From Flaccisagitta enflata (Eukaryota): a stretch of DNA of 64,000 nucleotides. This document shows positions 14,190-25,506 of the stretch, piece after piece. A model generated the notes under the pieces. It saw nothing but the letters and a program-made list of their open reading frames with translations. It made no database searches and was not told the origin of the DNA. Where the stretch lies: NCBI GenBank assembly GCA_965153355.1, contig OZ231126.1, positions 40,052,001 to 40,116,000 on the forward strand, in the 5' to 3' direction. A program made the translations under genes and the position numbers. Every line of letters starts with the position of its first letter. The stretch's first letter is position 1.

Positions 14190-15140
14190 AAGTTTCATGC
14201 AAATCCGTTTAAAAATTGTAAAGTTAAACGTTTTCACTTTTAAGCTAGGAGTAGGGTGGTTGGGTGGTAGGCTGGTTTGGATAAATAGTGTGCAAATGTT
14301 GAGTTCTTCCATTTAGAGACTCCATATCAAGTTTCAACCAAATTGGTTGAAAAATGTCAATTTTATGCAAGTTTTTCACTTTTAGACCGGTAAGAAAGTG
14401 TGGTTGGGTGGTAGGTCAGTTTGGCCAGTTGGCATGCTCAAACATAAATATATCACATACATGTGTAGTCTTTCCATTTAGAACCATGCAAATTTCAACC
14501 AAATTGGTTGAAAAACATAAATTATGCATTTTTTACTTTTAGGCTGGTAGGCTGGTTGGGTGGTAGGCTGGTTTAGATAAATAGTTAGTGTATGTTGAGT
14601 TCTTCCATTTAGAGACTCCATGTAAGTTTCAGCAAATCCAGTTGAAAAATGACAGAGTTACGCAAGTTTTTCACTTTTAGGCCGGGTGTGGTTGGGGTGG
14701 TAGGTTACGGTTTGGCCGGTTAACATGCTCAAATGCATATAAATCATATGCATATGTTGAGGCCTTCCATTTAGAGACTCCATGCCAAATTTCAGCCAAA
14801 TCGGTTGAAAAATGCCAAAGTTATGCACCGTTTTCACTTTTAGGCTGTTAGGCTGGTTGGGTGGTAGGCTGGTTTAACAGGATAAATAATTTGCATATGC
14901 TGAGTCCTTCCATTTAGAGACTCCATACTAAGTTTCAACCAAATCAGTTGAAAAATGACAAAGTTACGCAAGTTTTTCACTTTTAGGCCGGTTGGCTGGT
15001 TGGGTGGTAGGTCAGTTTGGCCAGTTAGCATGCTCAAATGCATATAAATCATATACATATGTTGAGCCTTCCATTTAGAACTCCATACCAAATTTCAGCC
15101 AAATCGGTTGAAAAATGCCAGGTATGCCGTTTTTTCATGC
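14190..15140. repeat. Tandem repeat with alternating ~142/~159-bp monomers (~300-bp dimer)
   Basis: TTTTCACTTTTA-like motif recurs at ~14231, 14373, 14531, 14668, 14831 and 14974. The first ~33 aa of ORF 15038 are derived from this repeat. Confidence 0.8.
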
Positions 15141-16510
15141 CTATTAGAGAAGAAAATAAAAGATCAGACGAAGATAACGGAGAAATAGAGGCTCAAGATT
15201 TGCCATCTCGATCTAGGCCTCATGGTATTAATCCCTTACCACCAATACCATTTGAGATCCATCTAGACGAATCTACAACTGAAGCAAGAGCATCTGCTTC
15301 GGCGTCTCAGCTCCAACAAGGAGCGAAGCCAAAATCGGGAATGATGCTGGGTAGTTACGCTGCTCAGTCGTCACGTGGTGAGAAGCCTGAAGAACGAGCG
15401 CACGTTTCCTCTGTGGATAAAGTGGGCGACAATCGTGGTCTCAATTTCGACGACGATACCGGGAACGTTTCGGCGAATGAAGCGGGAGGCGATAATGTGG
15501 CTACCGCTGACGACAATCCAGAAGAGAAAACGTCATCACTTGGGAGAAAAATAAAGTCTCTTTTTACGAAGAAGGAGCGGCCTCCGTCTTCCTCATCTCG
15601 ATTGGCCACCGGGTTGAACGAATTCGACGCAAGCTCCATTACAACTTCAACGCCAAAGATTACAACGGTAAATGGAAAGAGACTGAAGGGAATGGCGCAT
15701 ATTTTTCAAATAAGAAATCACCATGGATACCGTCTGAAGGATTTTCAAAATCGAATTAGTGCTTACATACCTTGGAGAGGTTTTACCGAAGACATTGATA
15801 GAAAATTTACTAAATTTGATTCACCAGACACTGAAAAATTGAACTTTGTTTATAGTAAATTGGGTGACTTAGCCTCACCCATTGATGAGAATGGTGAATA
15901 CTATATTTTTGCCGTAAAACAATATTTAAAGGTATCAATGTGTGAAACGTGTAAAAAGGATAAAAAATGCCAAGAAGATCACCACTTGCAAGCTCTTATA
16001 AATAACATTGATTTTTGTAAAAACATTGATAGAGAGATCACTACTCGTGACATTGATATCACTCGTGATTTTCACTTAGTATGTACGAATCCACTACCTA
16101 TTTTCAATAAACATAATCAAAGTAATGAAAATTTAGTAGTGCCTAATCTGATTGTTGTACCAAGTCACGATAGCACGGCACGAGTGCTTACATTTACAAA
16201 GATGAATCTGGATGATGAATCTTTTCATGCAATGAATAAGAACTTTTTTCCGTTGGGAGAATTAACTGGTGACCCAACCAATGGATTTCAATTTAGACTT
16301 TTAGAAAAAGCCCCTGAAGGCTCCGTGATTATTCGAATCTGTCTCATTCTTAATCATTTAGAAACTGACATTTTTCAAGCTTTAGAATCACTTATGACCT
16401 CTGGTGAACCAAGAGAGATAATATCTGATGGCGTTTTGGTTCAAACTGTTCGACATTCTACTTATTCTGTTTATTTAAAAATCTTAGACTTAAGAGAAAT
16501 GTTGAACTAG
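15137..16510 (+). CDS. Upstream ORF or N-terminal segment of the retroelement polyprotein, unknown function (~457 aa)
   Basis: Long non-repetitive ORF: disordered N-terminal half, then a globular-looking half with CETCKKDKKCQEDHH. Overlaps the open -1 frame that continues into ORF 16540. The true start is uncertain because the 5' side abuts the tandem repeat. Confidence 0.65.
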   Translation: MPIREENKRSDEDNGEIEAQDLPSRSRPHGINPLPPIPFEIHLDESTTEARASASASQLQQGAKPKSGMMLGSYAAQSSRGEKPEERAHVSSVDKVGDNRGLNFDDDTGNVSANEAGGDNVATADDNPEEKTSSLGRKIKSLFTKKERPPSSSSRLATGLNEFDASSITTSTPKITTVNGKRLKGMAHIFQIRNHHGYRLKDFQNRISAYIPWRGFTEDIDRKFTKFDSPDTEKLNFVYSKLGDLASPIDENGEYYIFAVKQYLKVSMCETCKKDKKCQEDHHLQALINNIDFCKNIDREITTRDIDITRDFHLVCTNPLPIFNKHNQSNENLVVPNLIVVPSHDSTARVLTFTKMNLDDESFHAMNKNFFPLGELTGDPTNGFQFRLLEKAPEGSVIIRICLILNHLETDIFQALESLMTSGEPREIISDGVLVQTVRHSTYSVYLKILDLREMLN

Positions 16511-16539
16511 ATTCCGTCTTTGAATTTCGTCATTTAAGC

Positions 16540-17520
16540 ATGAAATTTTTCAGTGGTGATGAATTAGGAAGAGTTAAAAGCTCACTTATCCCCTTTGGGT
16601 TAATAGCCATGTTTGTAAGACTTCACGTTGAGTCTCAGATTGATTTTGCAAAATTAAGATTAATTAATATAATCACAGAAAAACCAAACGAAGAGTTGGT
16701 TTTGGAAGGAAGTAACATATTCTTAAAAAATGATGAAAATCGCAGTCTCGTCAGGCTGGTGAACAGTGTTCATTTTCCTCCTCTGAACATGGAGATTAAC
16801 TCGGTTTTGGGTGAATTCTATTTGAATATTTCCAAAGTTCTAAATACGTTGAAAACGTCAGATTTGGTTGAAATGGGTTTGCCCAATGATGTTTGTCATC
16901 GTTTAAACGTGTTGGTTCAGTCTGAGGAAGACCAGTTTTTGAGAGACCGTGGTTTGTTCATAAATGAAACTGACTCCGTTCAGGAAATGGTACTTGATAT
17001 GTTTCGCGATAAAAAAACAGAAGAATTTGTCTGTCCGACTCCTTTACCCTTTAACATTTTTCATGATTCTCAAAGGGACCGTAATTTTGATGGAAGCTTT
17101 GAATTGCCAGATTTTGAAATAAAAAGAATAAACAAAGTAGACCAAAATATACAAAAGGGCGATTCTGGGGGTGTAAATAAACATGTGTCTCAGTTAAATG
17201 TGATTGCGCCTGCTTCAATTGCGCCTGCTTCAGTTGTAAATGAGGGGTCAAACGTGAGACAAAATGAAGATGTTTACCCTGTTAAACAGAAAAGGGTTGG
17301 GTTGAAAGAAAGAGTGATGACTGGTCAGGCTGAATTAACGCTACCTCCACCTTCACTGCCTGCAACCACTCAGTCAAGCAGCCTGCCTCCAGTCAGCAAT
17401 GTAAATTCAACCTCACATTTCAGTCATGCACCTCACTCACATTTTTCTAAACCAATGCCTCAATGTGATTTGTCGGATTCAAATAAAAGTGAATCAAGGC
17501 TGAATGATGAGCCACCCATA
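16540..17520 (+). CDS. Polyprotein segment 2 (N-terminal extension)
   Basis: The TAA at 17524-17526 lies inside the inserted element. Joining 17520 to 18100 gives the in-frame ...EPPI|YSSPAKDSS.... Confidence 0.8.
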
Positions 17521-18094
17521 CACTAAGGGCGTTTTTTTAGTAATATGGCGAATAAACAATGAATTTTTTATTTCAATTTTTGATTGATAGATCTATAGAT
17601 AGGTCTTATGGAAAGTGATCCCACCAGTTTTGAACAATTCTTTATCTTGTATTGCCCAGAAAGTTACTTTAAGTAATGTTTTTCTTACATCATTACTGAG
17701 ACAGAAAAATCCATTGCCGCCTTTTGCCATGGAAAGACTAGGCTCTATCTGTAGCCATGGCTATAACGATTCTAGGTTCAAAATCTGAAGATACACTTTT
17801 ATCACTTTAGGAGTTATAGCACATGGAAAATAGTTGCAATATCTGCTCATTGCATTATGGAAATCCATCATCGCATCTTTCATCGATTTTTTCCCTTAAA
17901 ACGGGACCAAAATGCAGCTGAGGAACAGCAGAGACAGCTGAGAGGCAGGAGAAGCTGCAGGGGAGTGAGAGTTTTTTGTTTTCATTGCACTTTTTGGCAA
18001 TCAGAAGAGGCGGCCTCTTTGTGTGTAAACCATTGCTCTCACAGACTCCAGACAGATGGTACAGACGGGTAAGCATGCCCTATTTTCCAGTGTG
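17521..18094. mobile_element. Non-autonomous Transib-like DNA element (574 bp)
   Basis: Starts CACTAAGGGC and ends GCCCTATTTTCCAGTGTG. Exact 5-bp TSD CCATA at 17516-17520 and 18095-18099. Excision restores the host ORF. CAC termini with a 5-bp TSD are Transib hallmarks. Confidence 0.75.
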
Positions 18095-18099
18095 CCATA

Positions 18100-19352
18100 T
18101 ATTCTTCACCAGCAAAAGATTCATCAAATGATGCTCCTGTTAATAATGAGATCAAAGGCAAGGTCAAAATATCGTTGCCACCAACGGAGCATTTGATTGA
18201 AAAGGTTTCAAGTATGACAGGTGAAGGAGAATGTAACGATTTTGATAAAAATCGAAATTTGGGTGAGAAATTGAAGGATCAAGGACAATTTGGTGATAAA
18301 AACAACATGTCCAAGGACAACATTGATCCATCAACTCGAGGTGCTCACTACATATCCCCTGCTCAGTTGAGATCAAACGCGATTTTCGAGTTCAAGGATC
18401 TTGATAAAAACGCAAGTAAATTAAAAGGACAGGGGGCGCGTCAGAAAGATAAAAACAAGAGTCATAGCAAAACATGTCAAGGAGGCATACTTAGAAATAA
18501 GAAAGACATCCATCCAAATTACGACGATCTGAATGGGATAATTGATAGCAAGAACAAAATTAAAAATGATAAAGAGTTCTTGAATACTACTTTCACTAAG
18601 GGTGATGAACGGAGGACCAGATATAACAAGGCCATTGATGATAAAAAGTCAAAAATCACGATGGACCGTGAACTTAGGAACGCGATGCGTCCTAGTGACA
18701 ATCTCCCAATCTATGATAAAAGCAAAAAGTCAGAACTTTCAAAGATTGAAAAAAGTTTTAAAACGCATACAAATGATCTTTATTCCATCTGTAAAGAAAA
18801 CAAGCAAAGTACAAAAACGAATTTTGATCATTCCATAAATAAAGATATACGTGATAGAAACATGACTTATGCAAATCAGATCAATCATCGCCGCAGCTCT
18901 AGCCAGAACATGGTGTTTGGCAGTGGCCTTTGCCCTAATAACCATCAATTGAAACCTGATCATGGGCCATTTGACTGCAATCTTTGTCACAAGCATTTTG
19001 ATAATCACAAATGTTACATTTGTGAAAGTTGTGGCTATGAATTATGTTCATCTTGTTATGAGCCATTGAATTCTGGAAAAAAGTGGAAACCACGTGATAA
19101 TGGCTCGAAACGCGCTCAGAGACGCCGGAAAAGCTCAAGTGAAGAAGATTCTGAAGATGACAAACAAAAGGGGCACAAACGTCACCATGGTAACCGACGT
19201 CGAAAAAATCGTAAGAATGACGGTGATGATGGTGATAGCAGTGACAATGGTGACAGTGACAGTCATAATGGAGATGACAGAGGTCAAAACGGTGATAATA
19301 GAACCAGAAGAGCAGAGAGGAATGATGATGATGATGATGACGACCATCATGG

Positions 19353-19384
<32 letters not shown>

Positions 19385-20659
19385 GTGACGGTGATAGTAG
19401 TTATGATTATTACCGTGATAGTGACTCAGATAATGGGCAGAGAAAAAGAAGAAATCGTGGTTACAATGCTGCCTTTAGCCGTCGTGTGCGCAGAAAGCAA
19501 AACAAGTTGAAGCAGAGAAAAAATCTTCTTGAATATCGTCAGCGCCTGATGGGACCACTGAAAAAGTACAGTGTTACTGATGATTTTCAAATTTTCTATG
19601 ACGACTTTCTGTTAAGAGTCAAATTCTTTCAACTACAGCCGTATGAAGCACGCATCTATCTTATCACGCACATTCAAGACGAATTCATCAAGTCACAAAT
19701 TCAACACATATTAAAAAATCATCCCGGAGCGTCACTTGACACACTTGGCACCCACATTTGCATCGCACTAGGTGTGAAAAGTAAAGAATTGGTCTCAGCC
19801 GAGGGAGCTGGAATATCGCGCAAGACAAATGAAAACATATTCTCTTATGCCTTAAGAACTAAGGATTATAAGAATAAAGAAGTAATGGGTTATGATAACC
19901 CTGAGCAAATAATTAACACTGATTATTTTGCCATGGACATCTTACGCACATTCCAACGCGGTTTGCGTTCAAAATGGATGGTGTCTCAAATCGAAAAGAA
20001 GTCGTGCAAAAATCTGGATGAAGCACTTATTGTCCTCAATAGCAGTATGGCAAAACAATTGAGAATTGATCAGCTCACAGGAAAGGACGAAATTTCTCTA
20101 GAGACGGATAAAAATCTGTTTGTCAACCCAAAGTCGTCCCAATATTATGCAAATAACATCAATGAAGGCGACTTGGATTGGGATGGGAATCCTCTAAATG
20201 GAGAGGTCAATGCCATTAGTGGCATGTGTCCTAACTGTGGAAATTCCACAGATAGCCATATACAGGGGAAGTGCAAAGCATATGGAGTTAAGTGTCACAA
20301 ATGTGGACAATATAACCATTTCTCGAGATGCTGCCCAAAAAAGGTGAAAATGGTCACCCAAACTACACCTGCCCAAATGAGATATGCCAAAAAATCGGCA
20401 AGACGGCGTGAATTGGATAAAAAAATGGTCAATGCTGCCATAGAGGAATCTGACAATGAATCAAGTGCATCTGATGATGGAATTGAAGGAAGCGTGAAGA
20501 ATTGTGCGCCACTAAATGACACTGAAAGTGATTCCGATCCTGAAATTGTCAATGCCATCAGGAGACTGAGAAAAAAATTTGGTGCAAAGAAGTTTGAAAA
20601 GGAGCTCAGGAGAATAAATGTCATTGAAGAGTCAATTAACTCAATCGCGTCATTGCCTT
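18100..20659 (+). CDS. gag: Gag-containing polyprotein segment: Cys/His zinc finger, acidic/basic low-complexity tract, capsid-like region, two zinc knuckles
   Basis: CPNNH...CNLC...CESCGYELCSSCY at 18931-19059. CPNCGNSTDSHIQGKC and CKAYGVKCHKCGQYNHFSRC at 20227-20331 resemble the double knuckle of Mag-group gypsy elements. The last 20 aa of the ORF-track call come from the inserted LTR. Confidence 0.85.
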
Positions 20660-21178
20660 TGTGCCCGCTCGCTCCCTTTCTCCTAACCGGAGTTACAGTG
20701 ACGACGCAATTAACGGTCTGAAATAATTTATTAGCAATCATTAGTAATCAGTGGTAACTTAGGCAATGAGCAGTAATAATTAGTGGCAATCATAAGTACA
20801 CCAATTTACATCTTTACAAGGCTTAGTACCTGAAACTTCAACTCATTTCGGCATTCAGGGAACCAGAGGGTAAGTAATGCTAATCAATTCATCATTAATC
20901 TGCAAAAGATGGAAAAAAAGTAACATTAGTAGGCTTATTTACTCCTAATCGCGAATAAACAATGAGAGCGAAGGAATAAAGACGAGCGAATGGACTAAAC
21001 AGCAGGTAAACGCTCTTATAAGGAAATTCTCATGGCATGTATCATGAATCCCAGCTCAGCTTCCGTTCAATTCGAAGCGGTGAACTACTAATAGAGGGCG
21101 TTGCTAAAAGGGTAAGTTTTAAGGGCAAAGTAAGGTCTTAAAACAAATGAACAGTGCTTGCTCACGCGAGCCCGCACA
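20660..21178 (-). repeat. 3' LTR of nested element
   Basis: TGTGCCCGCTCGC...GCGAGCCCGCACA (11/13 terminal inverted repeat). Identical by eye to 25575-26093. Confidence 0.95.
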
Positions 21179-21191
21179 CCCCCCACCTGGA
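21179..21191 (-). promoter_or_regulatory. Polypurine tract of nested element
   Basis: Minus strand TCCAGGTGGGGGG directly abuts the LTR. Confidence 0.7.
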
Positions 21192-21258
21192 CTGTAAAAC
21201 ATGTCCAGCACAAGCATGAGAAATCGTAAGCGCAAGCTTGAAAAATTGTAAGCGTAAG

Positions 21259-21921
21259 CTTGAAAGCGTGAAAGCCAAAGGCCAACCTTGAAAGCGTGAA
21301 AGCCAAAGGCCAAACTTGAAAGCTGAGTTGCCACAAACTTAAAGCATGAGCTACAGGTCAAACTTAAAGCGTGAAAGCAAAAGGCCAAACTTGAAAGCGT
21401 GAAAGCAAAGGCCAAACTTGAAAGCGTGAAAGCAAAAGGCCAAACTTGAAAGGAAAGCAAAAAGGCCAAACTTGAAAGCATGAAAGCAAAGGCCAAACTT
21501 GAAAGCATGAAAGCAAAAGGCCAAACTTGAAAGCATGAAAGCAAAAGGCCAAACTTGAAAACATGAAAGCAGGCCAAACTTGAAAGCGTGAAAGCAAAAG
21601 GCCAAACTTGAAAGCGTGAAAGCAAAAGGCCAAACTTGAAAACATGAAAGCAAAAGGCCAAACTTGAAAGCATGAAAGCAAAAGGCCAAACTTGAAAGCG
21701 TGAAAGCAAAAGGCCAAACTTAAAGCGTGGAAGCAAAAGGCCAAACTTGAAAGCATGAAAACAAAAGGCCAAACTTGAAAGCATGAAAGCAAAAGGCCAA
21801 ACTTGAAAGCATGAAAGCAAAAGGCCAAACTTGAAAGCATGAATGCAAAAGGCCAAACTTGAAGCCATGAATGCAAAAGGCTAAACTTGAAAGCATGAAT
21901 GCAAAAGGCCAAACTTGAAAG
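21259..21921. repeat. 28-bp tandem array (~23 copies) in the 3' UTR of the nested element
   Basis: Unit GCCAAACTTGAAAGCRTGAAAGCAAAAG (e.g. 21601 and 21629). No unique spacers. Confidence 0.95.
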
Positions 21922-22917
21922 CTAGAGCATCGCAATGCCTGAAATAACTCTCTTTATCTTATCAAATGTTTTGGGGAATTAATTACCCATCCTACTTAAA
22001 AATGAAAAGATCGCGAGGAAAAGATTGGGGCAGTCACGATATTAAAGAGGGGAAAATTCCGTTCAAACAAAAGAGAATTAACCAAATCAAAATCTTATAC
22101 TTTAAAGTAGTTGACTCAAACTATGTCAACAAGGAAAAGATGAATGTAAGCATCGTAAACTTGAGGGTAGTTGCTGACGCAAACTCTTTGTCAACAAGAG
22201 AGAATGTACATGAAATCTTAACTTGCTTATTTTCATGAACGTAAGAAAAGCTTACAAGCATCATTAACTTCAAGGTGGTTGTTGATGCGCAAATCAACAA
22301 TGGAAAAAAGCAATCGCAAATTAAATGTAGAAAATTTAAGCACCTCTAACTTCATTGTGTAGTAGATGCAAAGAAAATGCTTGAAACTTAAAAATGGAAA
22401 AAGTAAGCGTCATTAATCGCAATATAATTGTTAACGCAAACAAAAACTTTTTCCCCTCCCACCCCCCACGTCCTTCATTCCATGTAAATCTAACCCAAAG
22501 AACCAATGCCCGACGGCGAGTTGCAGTTGGAGAGAGTAGGAAAAGGTCGTAGGAGCGGAGGTGTAGCAGAATCGTTGACGTGTAAACTCGTTCAAGAGCA
22601 GCGTGCAGGAGCGTCGAATTGTATCTTATCACAGGGGCTTATCACTGAAGCCATATTTCTTATCATAGAGGGCGGGCTCTTCCATCACTAGAGCAACTTT
22701 CATTGAGACTTGACGCACTTTTACCGTCGGCAAATTGAAAGAAGGAAAAATGCAAAATCAATGAGAGCATAAACTAACTGACGAGAAAGAGCTAAAAAGA
22801 GTGAGAGTATAAAGAGCAACAATGAAAATGTTATCACTAAAATGCCGTCTTCTCTTCGTCGAATTGAGCGAAGCTGCCTAAGATAAGCATTGAACTCATT
22901 CTCACTTTTTCTTCCCT

Positions 22918-25506
22918 TCATGATGACGTAGCGTTGGTAACGTAATCGGAAGGCCCGTGACATCGTTGCGCGGGAAAAGGCTTGGGGTGGCGGCCGGGAA
23001 TCTTAGGGTGGCGGCCGGCCGGGAATCTGTGGTGGGCCGAATCTCTGGGTGGGCGGAATCCCAGGTGGCGGCCGGGAATCGGTAGCGGCCGAGAATAGAA
23101 GCGTAGCGGCCGAGAATATCGTAGCGTGGCGGCCGAGAATCGTGTGCGTAGCGGCCGAGAATATCGTAGCGTAGCGGCCGAGAATATCGTAGCGTAGCGG
23201 CCGAGAATATCGTAGCGTAGCGGCCGAGAATATCGTAGCGTAGCGGCCGAGAATATCGTAGCGTAGCGGCCGGGAATCTCGTGATTGTGGCCCGTAGAAG
23301 CATGGTTGTGGCCCGTAGAAGCGTGGTTGTGGCCCGTAGAAGCGTGGTTGATTTTCGAGTGGAGACGGAGAATTCTTTTCTTTCTTCTTTTCCTCCTTCT
23401 GGACTCGAACTCGTAGCGTCGAAGACGTGGCTTTATTCTTCGTCCTCTTACGAAGAAAAGTTGAGGGGGAAAAAATCTTTTCTTTTTCCGCTTTTTTGCC
23501 CTCGCGTAAATCTTCTCGTCGCAAAGTTCCCGACGAGTGGTCCCTCGGAAAAAAGGGAGAAAAGGAGAGGCTTTGTAGTTTCCAGATGACGACGGACTGC
23601 CGTCAGATGGATCCTTGCCGTCTGCAGATGAATCTTGGTAGTCTGCAGATGAATCTTGATAGACTGCAGATGAATCTTGGTGGTCTGCAGATGTTCGACG
23701 ATCGATAGAGGAAGCTTGGCAGTCTGTAGATGATGTCAACAGATGACTGACGGAGGCTTGGCAGTCTACAGATAACGACCGAAGATCGAAGGTGAAGGCC
23801 CGTTCATTCACAGATGATACTTGGTGGTCTTCAGATGATGACTGAAGATGAAAAGAAGAGACATGGATGTCTTCAGATGACGACGGGCAATCGTCAGATG
23901 ATTCTTGAGGGTCTGCAGACGATGACTGACGGTCGACAGAATAAGCTTGGCGGTCTGTAGATGTGGTCAACGGATGATTGACTGAAGAAGCTTGGTAGTC
24001 TACAGATGATGACCGACGATCGAAAGTTAAGGCTTGTTTGTCCACAGATGATACTTGGTGGTCTTCAGATGATGACTGAAGATGGAAAAAAGATATGTGG
24101 ATGTCTCCAGATGACGACGGGCGGCCGTCAGATGATTCTTGGTGGTCTGCAGATGATGACCGACGGTCGACAGAATAAACTTGGCGGTCTGTAGATAATG
24201 CCAATGGACGATTGACTGAAGAAGCTTGGTGGTCTACAGATGATGTCGACGGACGTAGACGGTCGATCAAAGAGGCTTGATACTCTGCAGATGTATCCGT
24301 AACAGATGTTGGCGGAATCGTAGCAGGTGCCGGTTGAATCTTGGCAGGTGCCGGCGTAATCTTGGCAGGTGCCGGCTGGATCTTGGCAGTTGCCGGCAAA
24401 TTTGTGAGAGATGCCGACAAATTCAAAAACGTAGATGAAGAAGATGAATCGTAAAGAGGAGGCTCGTCAGAATGATGAACAGGACGTGAAGGAAGAGAAA
24501 AGTTAGTGGCAGTGAGAGGATGATTTTCTTCGTTGATCGATGGACATGGGACTGGAGGCACTTCCGGTTGTGAGGCGGTTGTACTCTCTTTTACTCCAGA
24601 TCTTTCTTTTCCCTCTCTTTCCATCGCCAACATGAATTCGTTCATCTCCTCCTTTATCTTGATTATAATGTTGCCAATTTTCTCACTATCTCCGTCCATC
24701 ATGGCTTCGTAGATAGCGTCCAGTTCATTTTCTGTTGCCTCTTCCAATTCCACTTTTTTCATCGTAAAACGGAATTTCATTTCTTCATCCAATTTCATAA
24801 TTTCTTTTATTTTTCTTTCAAGTTTTTGCAACAACGACTCTTTTCTTTCTTGATCGTCGTCGTTGAGATTGGATTCCAAGTGAGTAGCAAGGAGATCCAA
24901 ATGAGGAGGAAGATGATGATTCTCCGTCGATGCCTTGTGCGCGACTCGGCAATCGACATCATCACCGCCTCCAACGCCGCCACCAAACTTGCCGCCTCCA
25001 CCATTGAGAACGCCGTCGCCGCCACTTTCTCTTGAATTGATGTCAACACCGCCTCCACTTTCATCCCCTTCTTGTCTGCTAATCTTCGTTGTGGCGTCAG
25101 ACTCTTGCTGGGCGCCGGAAGCAGGATTGAGGAAAAGCGTTGGCAAATACATCAAAAATGGCGACTGTCCATATATGAATAGGCGTGTCTCTTCCAGTAG
25201 GAGACGATAAGGCTCGATGATGACGTAGAAATATTCCCACAATTGGTAGGAAATGTCTTGTAATTTCAGCGTTACAACGGCATAGCTGACGGCGTTGTTA
25301 GCAGCACAGAATAGATCATAAATTTGTTGGGTAGTCTCCGCGGAACGCGTCGTAACGGAGATGAGAGAATCGTAGAGGTTTTGATAGATGACTGGAAGCT
25401 GGAGTCGATCCATCACTTGGAAGACGTAACTCTTGACGTCCATTATTGCGTCGGCGGGAATCGGTTCCGACGTTGAAATTCCGAGGACGTGTCTCTTGAC
25501 GTCCAT
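22918..25506 (-). CDS. Orphan ~862-aa protein of the nested LTR element
   Basis: Open frame; the first ATG outside the LTR is at 25506 (MDVKRHVLG; the track start 25656 lies within the LTR). Hydrophobic N-terminal region, Gly-rich linker, E/K/M-rich predicted coiled coil, Ser-rich repeats, Arg/Lys-rich segment, repeat-derived tail. No CCHC, DSG/DTG, YxDD or DDE motif seen. Confidence 0.75.
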   Translation of the reverse strand: MDVKRHVLGISTSEPIPADAIMDVKSYVFQVMDRLQLPVIYQNLYDSLISVTTRSAETTQQIYDLFCAANNAVSYAVVTLKLQDISYQLWEYFYVIIEPYRLLLEETRLFIYGQSPFLMYLPTLFLNPASGAQQESDATTKISRQEGDESGGGVDINSRESGGDGVLNGGGGKFGGGVGGGDDVDCRVAHKASTENHHLPPHLDLLATHLESNLNDDDQERKESLLQKLERKIKEIMKLDEEMKFRFTMKKVELEEATENELDAIYEAMMDGDSEKIGNIIIKIKEEMNEFMLAMEREGKERSGVKESTTASQPEVPPVPCPSINEENHPLTATNFSLPSRPVHHSDEPPLYDSSSSSTFLNLSASLTNLPATAKIQPAPAKITPAPAKIQPAPATIPPTSVTDTSAEYQASLIDRLRPSTSSVDHQASSVNRPLALSTDRQVYSVDRRSSSADHQESSDGRPSSSGDIHISFFHLQSSSEDHQVSSVDKQALTFDRRSSSVDYQASSVNHPLTTSTDRQAYSVDRQSSSADPQESSDDCPSSSEDIHVSSFHLQSSSEDHQVSSVNERAFTFDLRSLSVDCQASVSHLLTSSTDCQASSIDRRTSADHQDSSAVYQDSSADYQDSSADGKDPSDGSPSSSGNYKASPFLPFFRGTTRRELCDEKIYARAKKRKKKRFFPPQLFFVRGRRIKPRLRRYEFESRRRKRRKKRILRLHSKINHASTGHNHASTGHNHASTGHNHEIPGRYATIFSAATLRYSRPLRYDILGRYATIFSAATLRYSRPLRTRFSAATLRYSRPLRFYSRPLPIPGRHLGFRPPRDSAHHRFPAGRHPKIPGRHPKPFPAQRCHGPSDYVTNATSS

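Noticed and set aside
17857-18072. 71-aa ORF in frame with gag, and a GT...AG micro-intron at 18069-18090
   Set aside because: Both lie inside the TSD-bounded insertion, and 22 nt is too short for a normal intron.
21259-21921. CRISPR-like array near a reverse transcriptase
   Set aside because: Units are contiguous with no unique spacers, there are no cas genes, and the context is a eukaryotic LTR element. The overlapping minus-strand ORFs are repeat artefacts.
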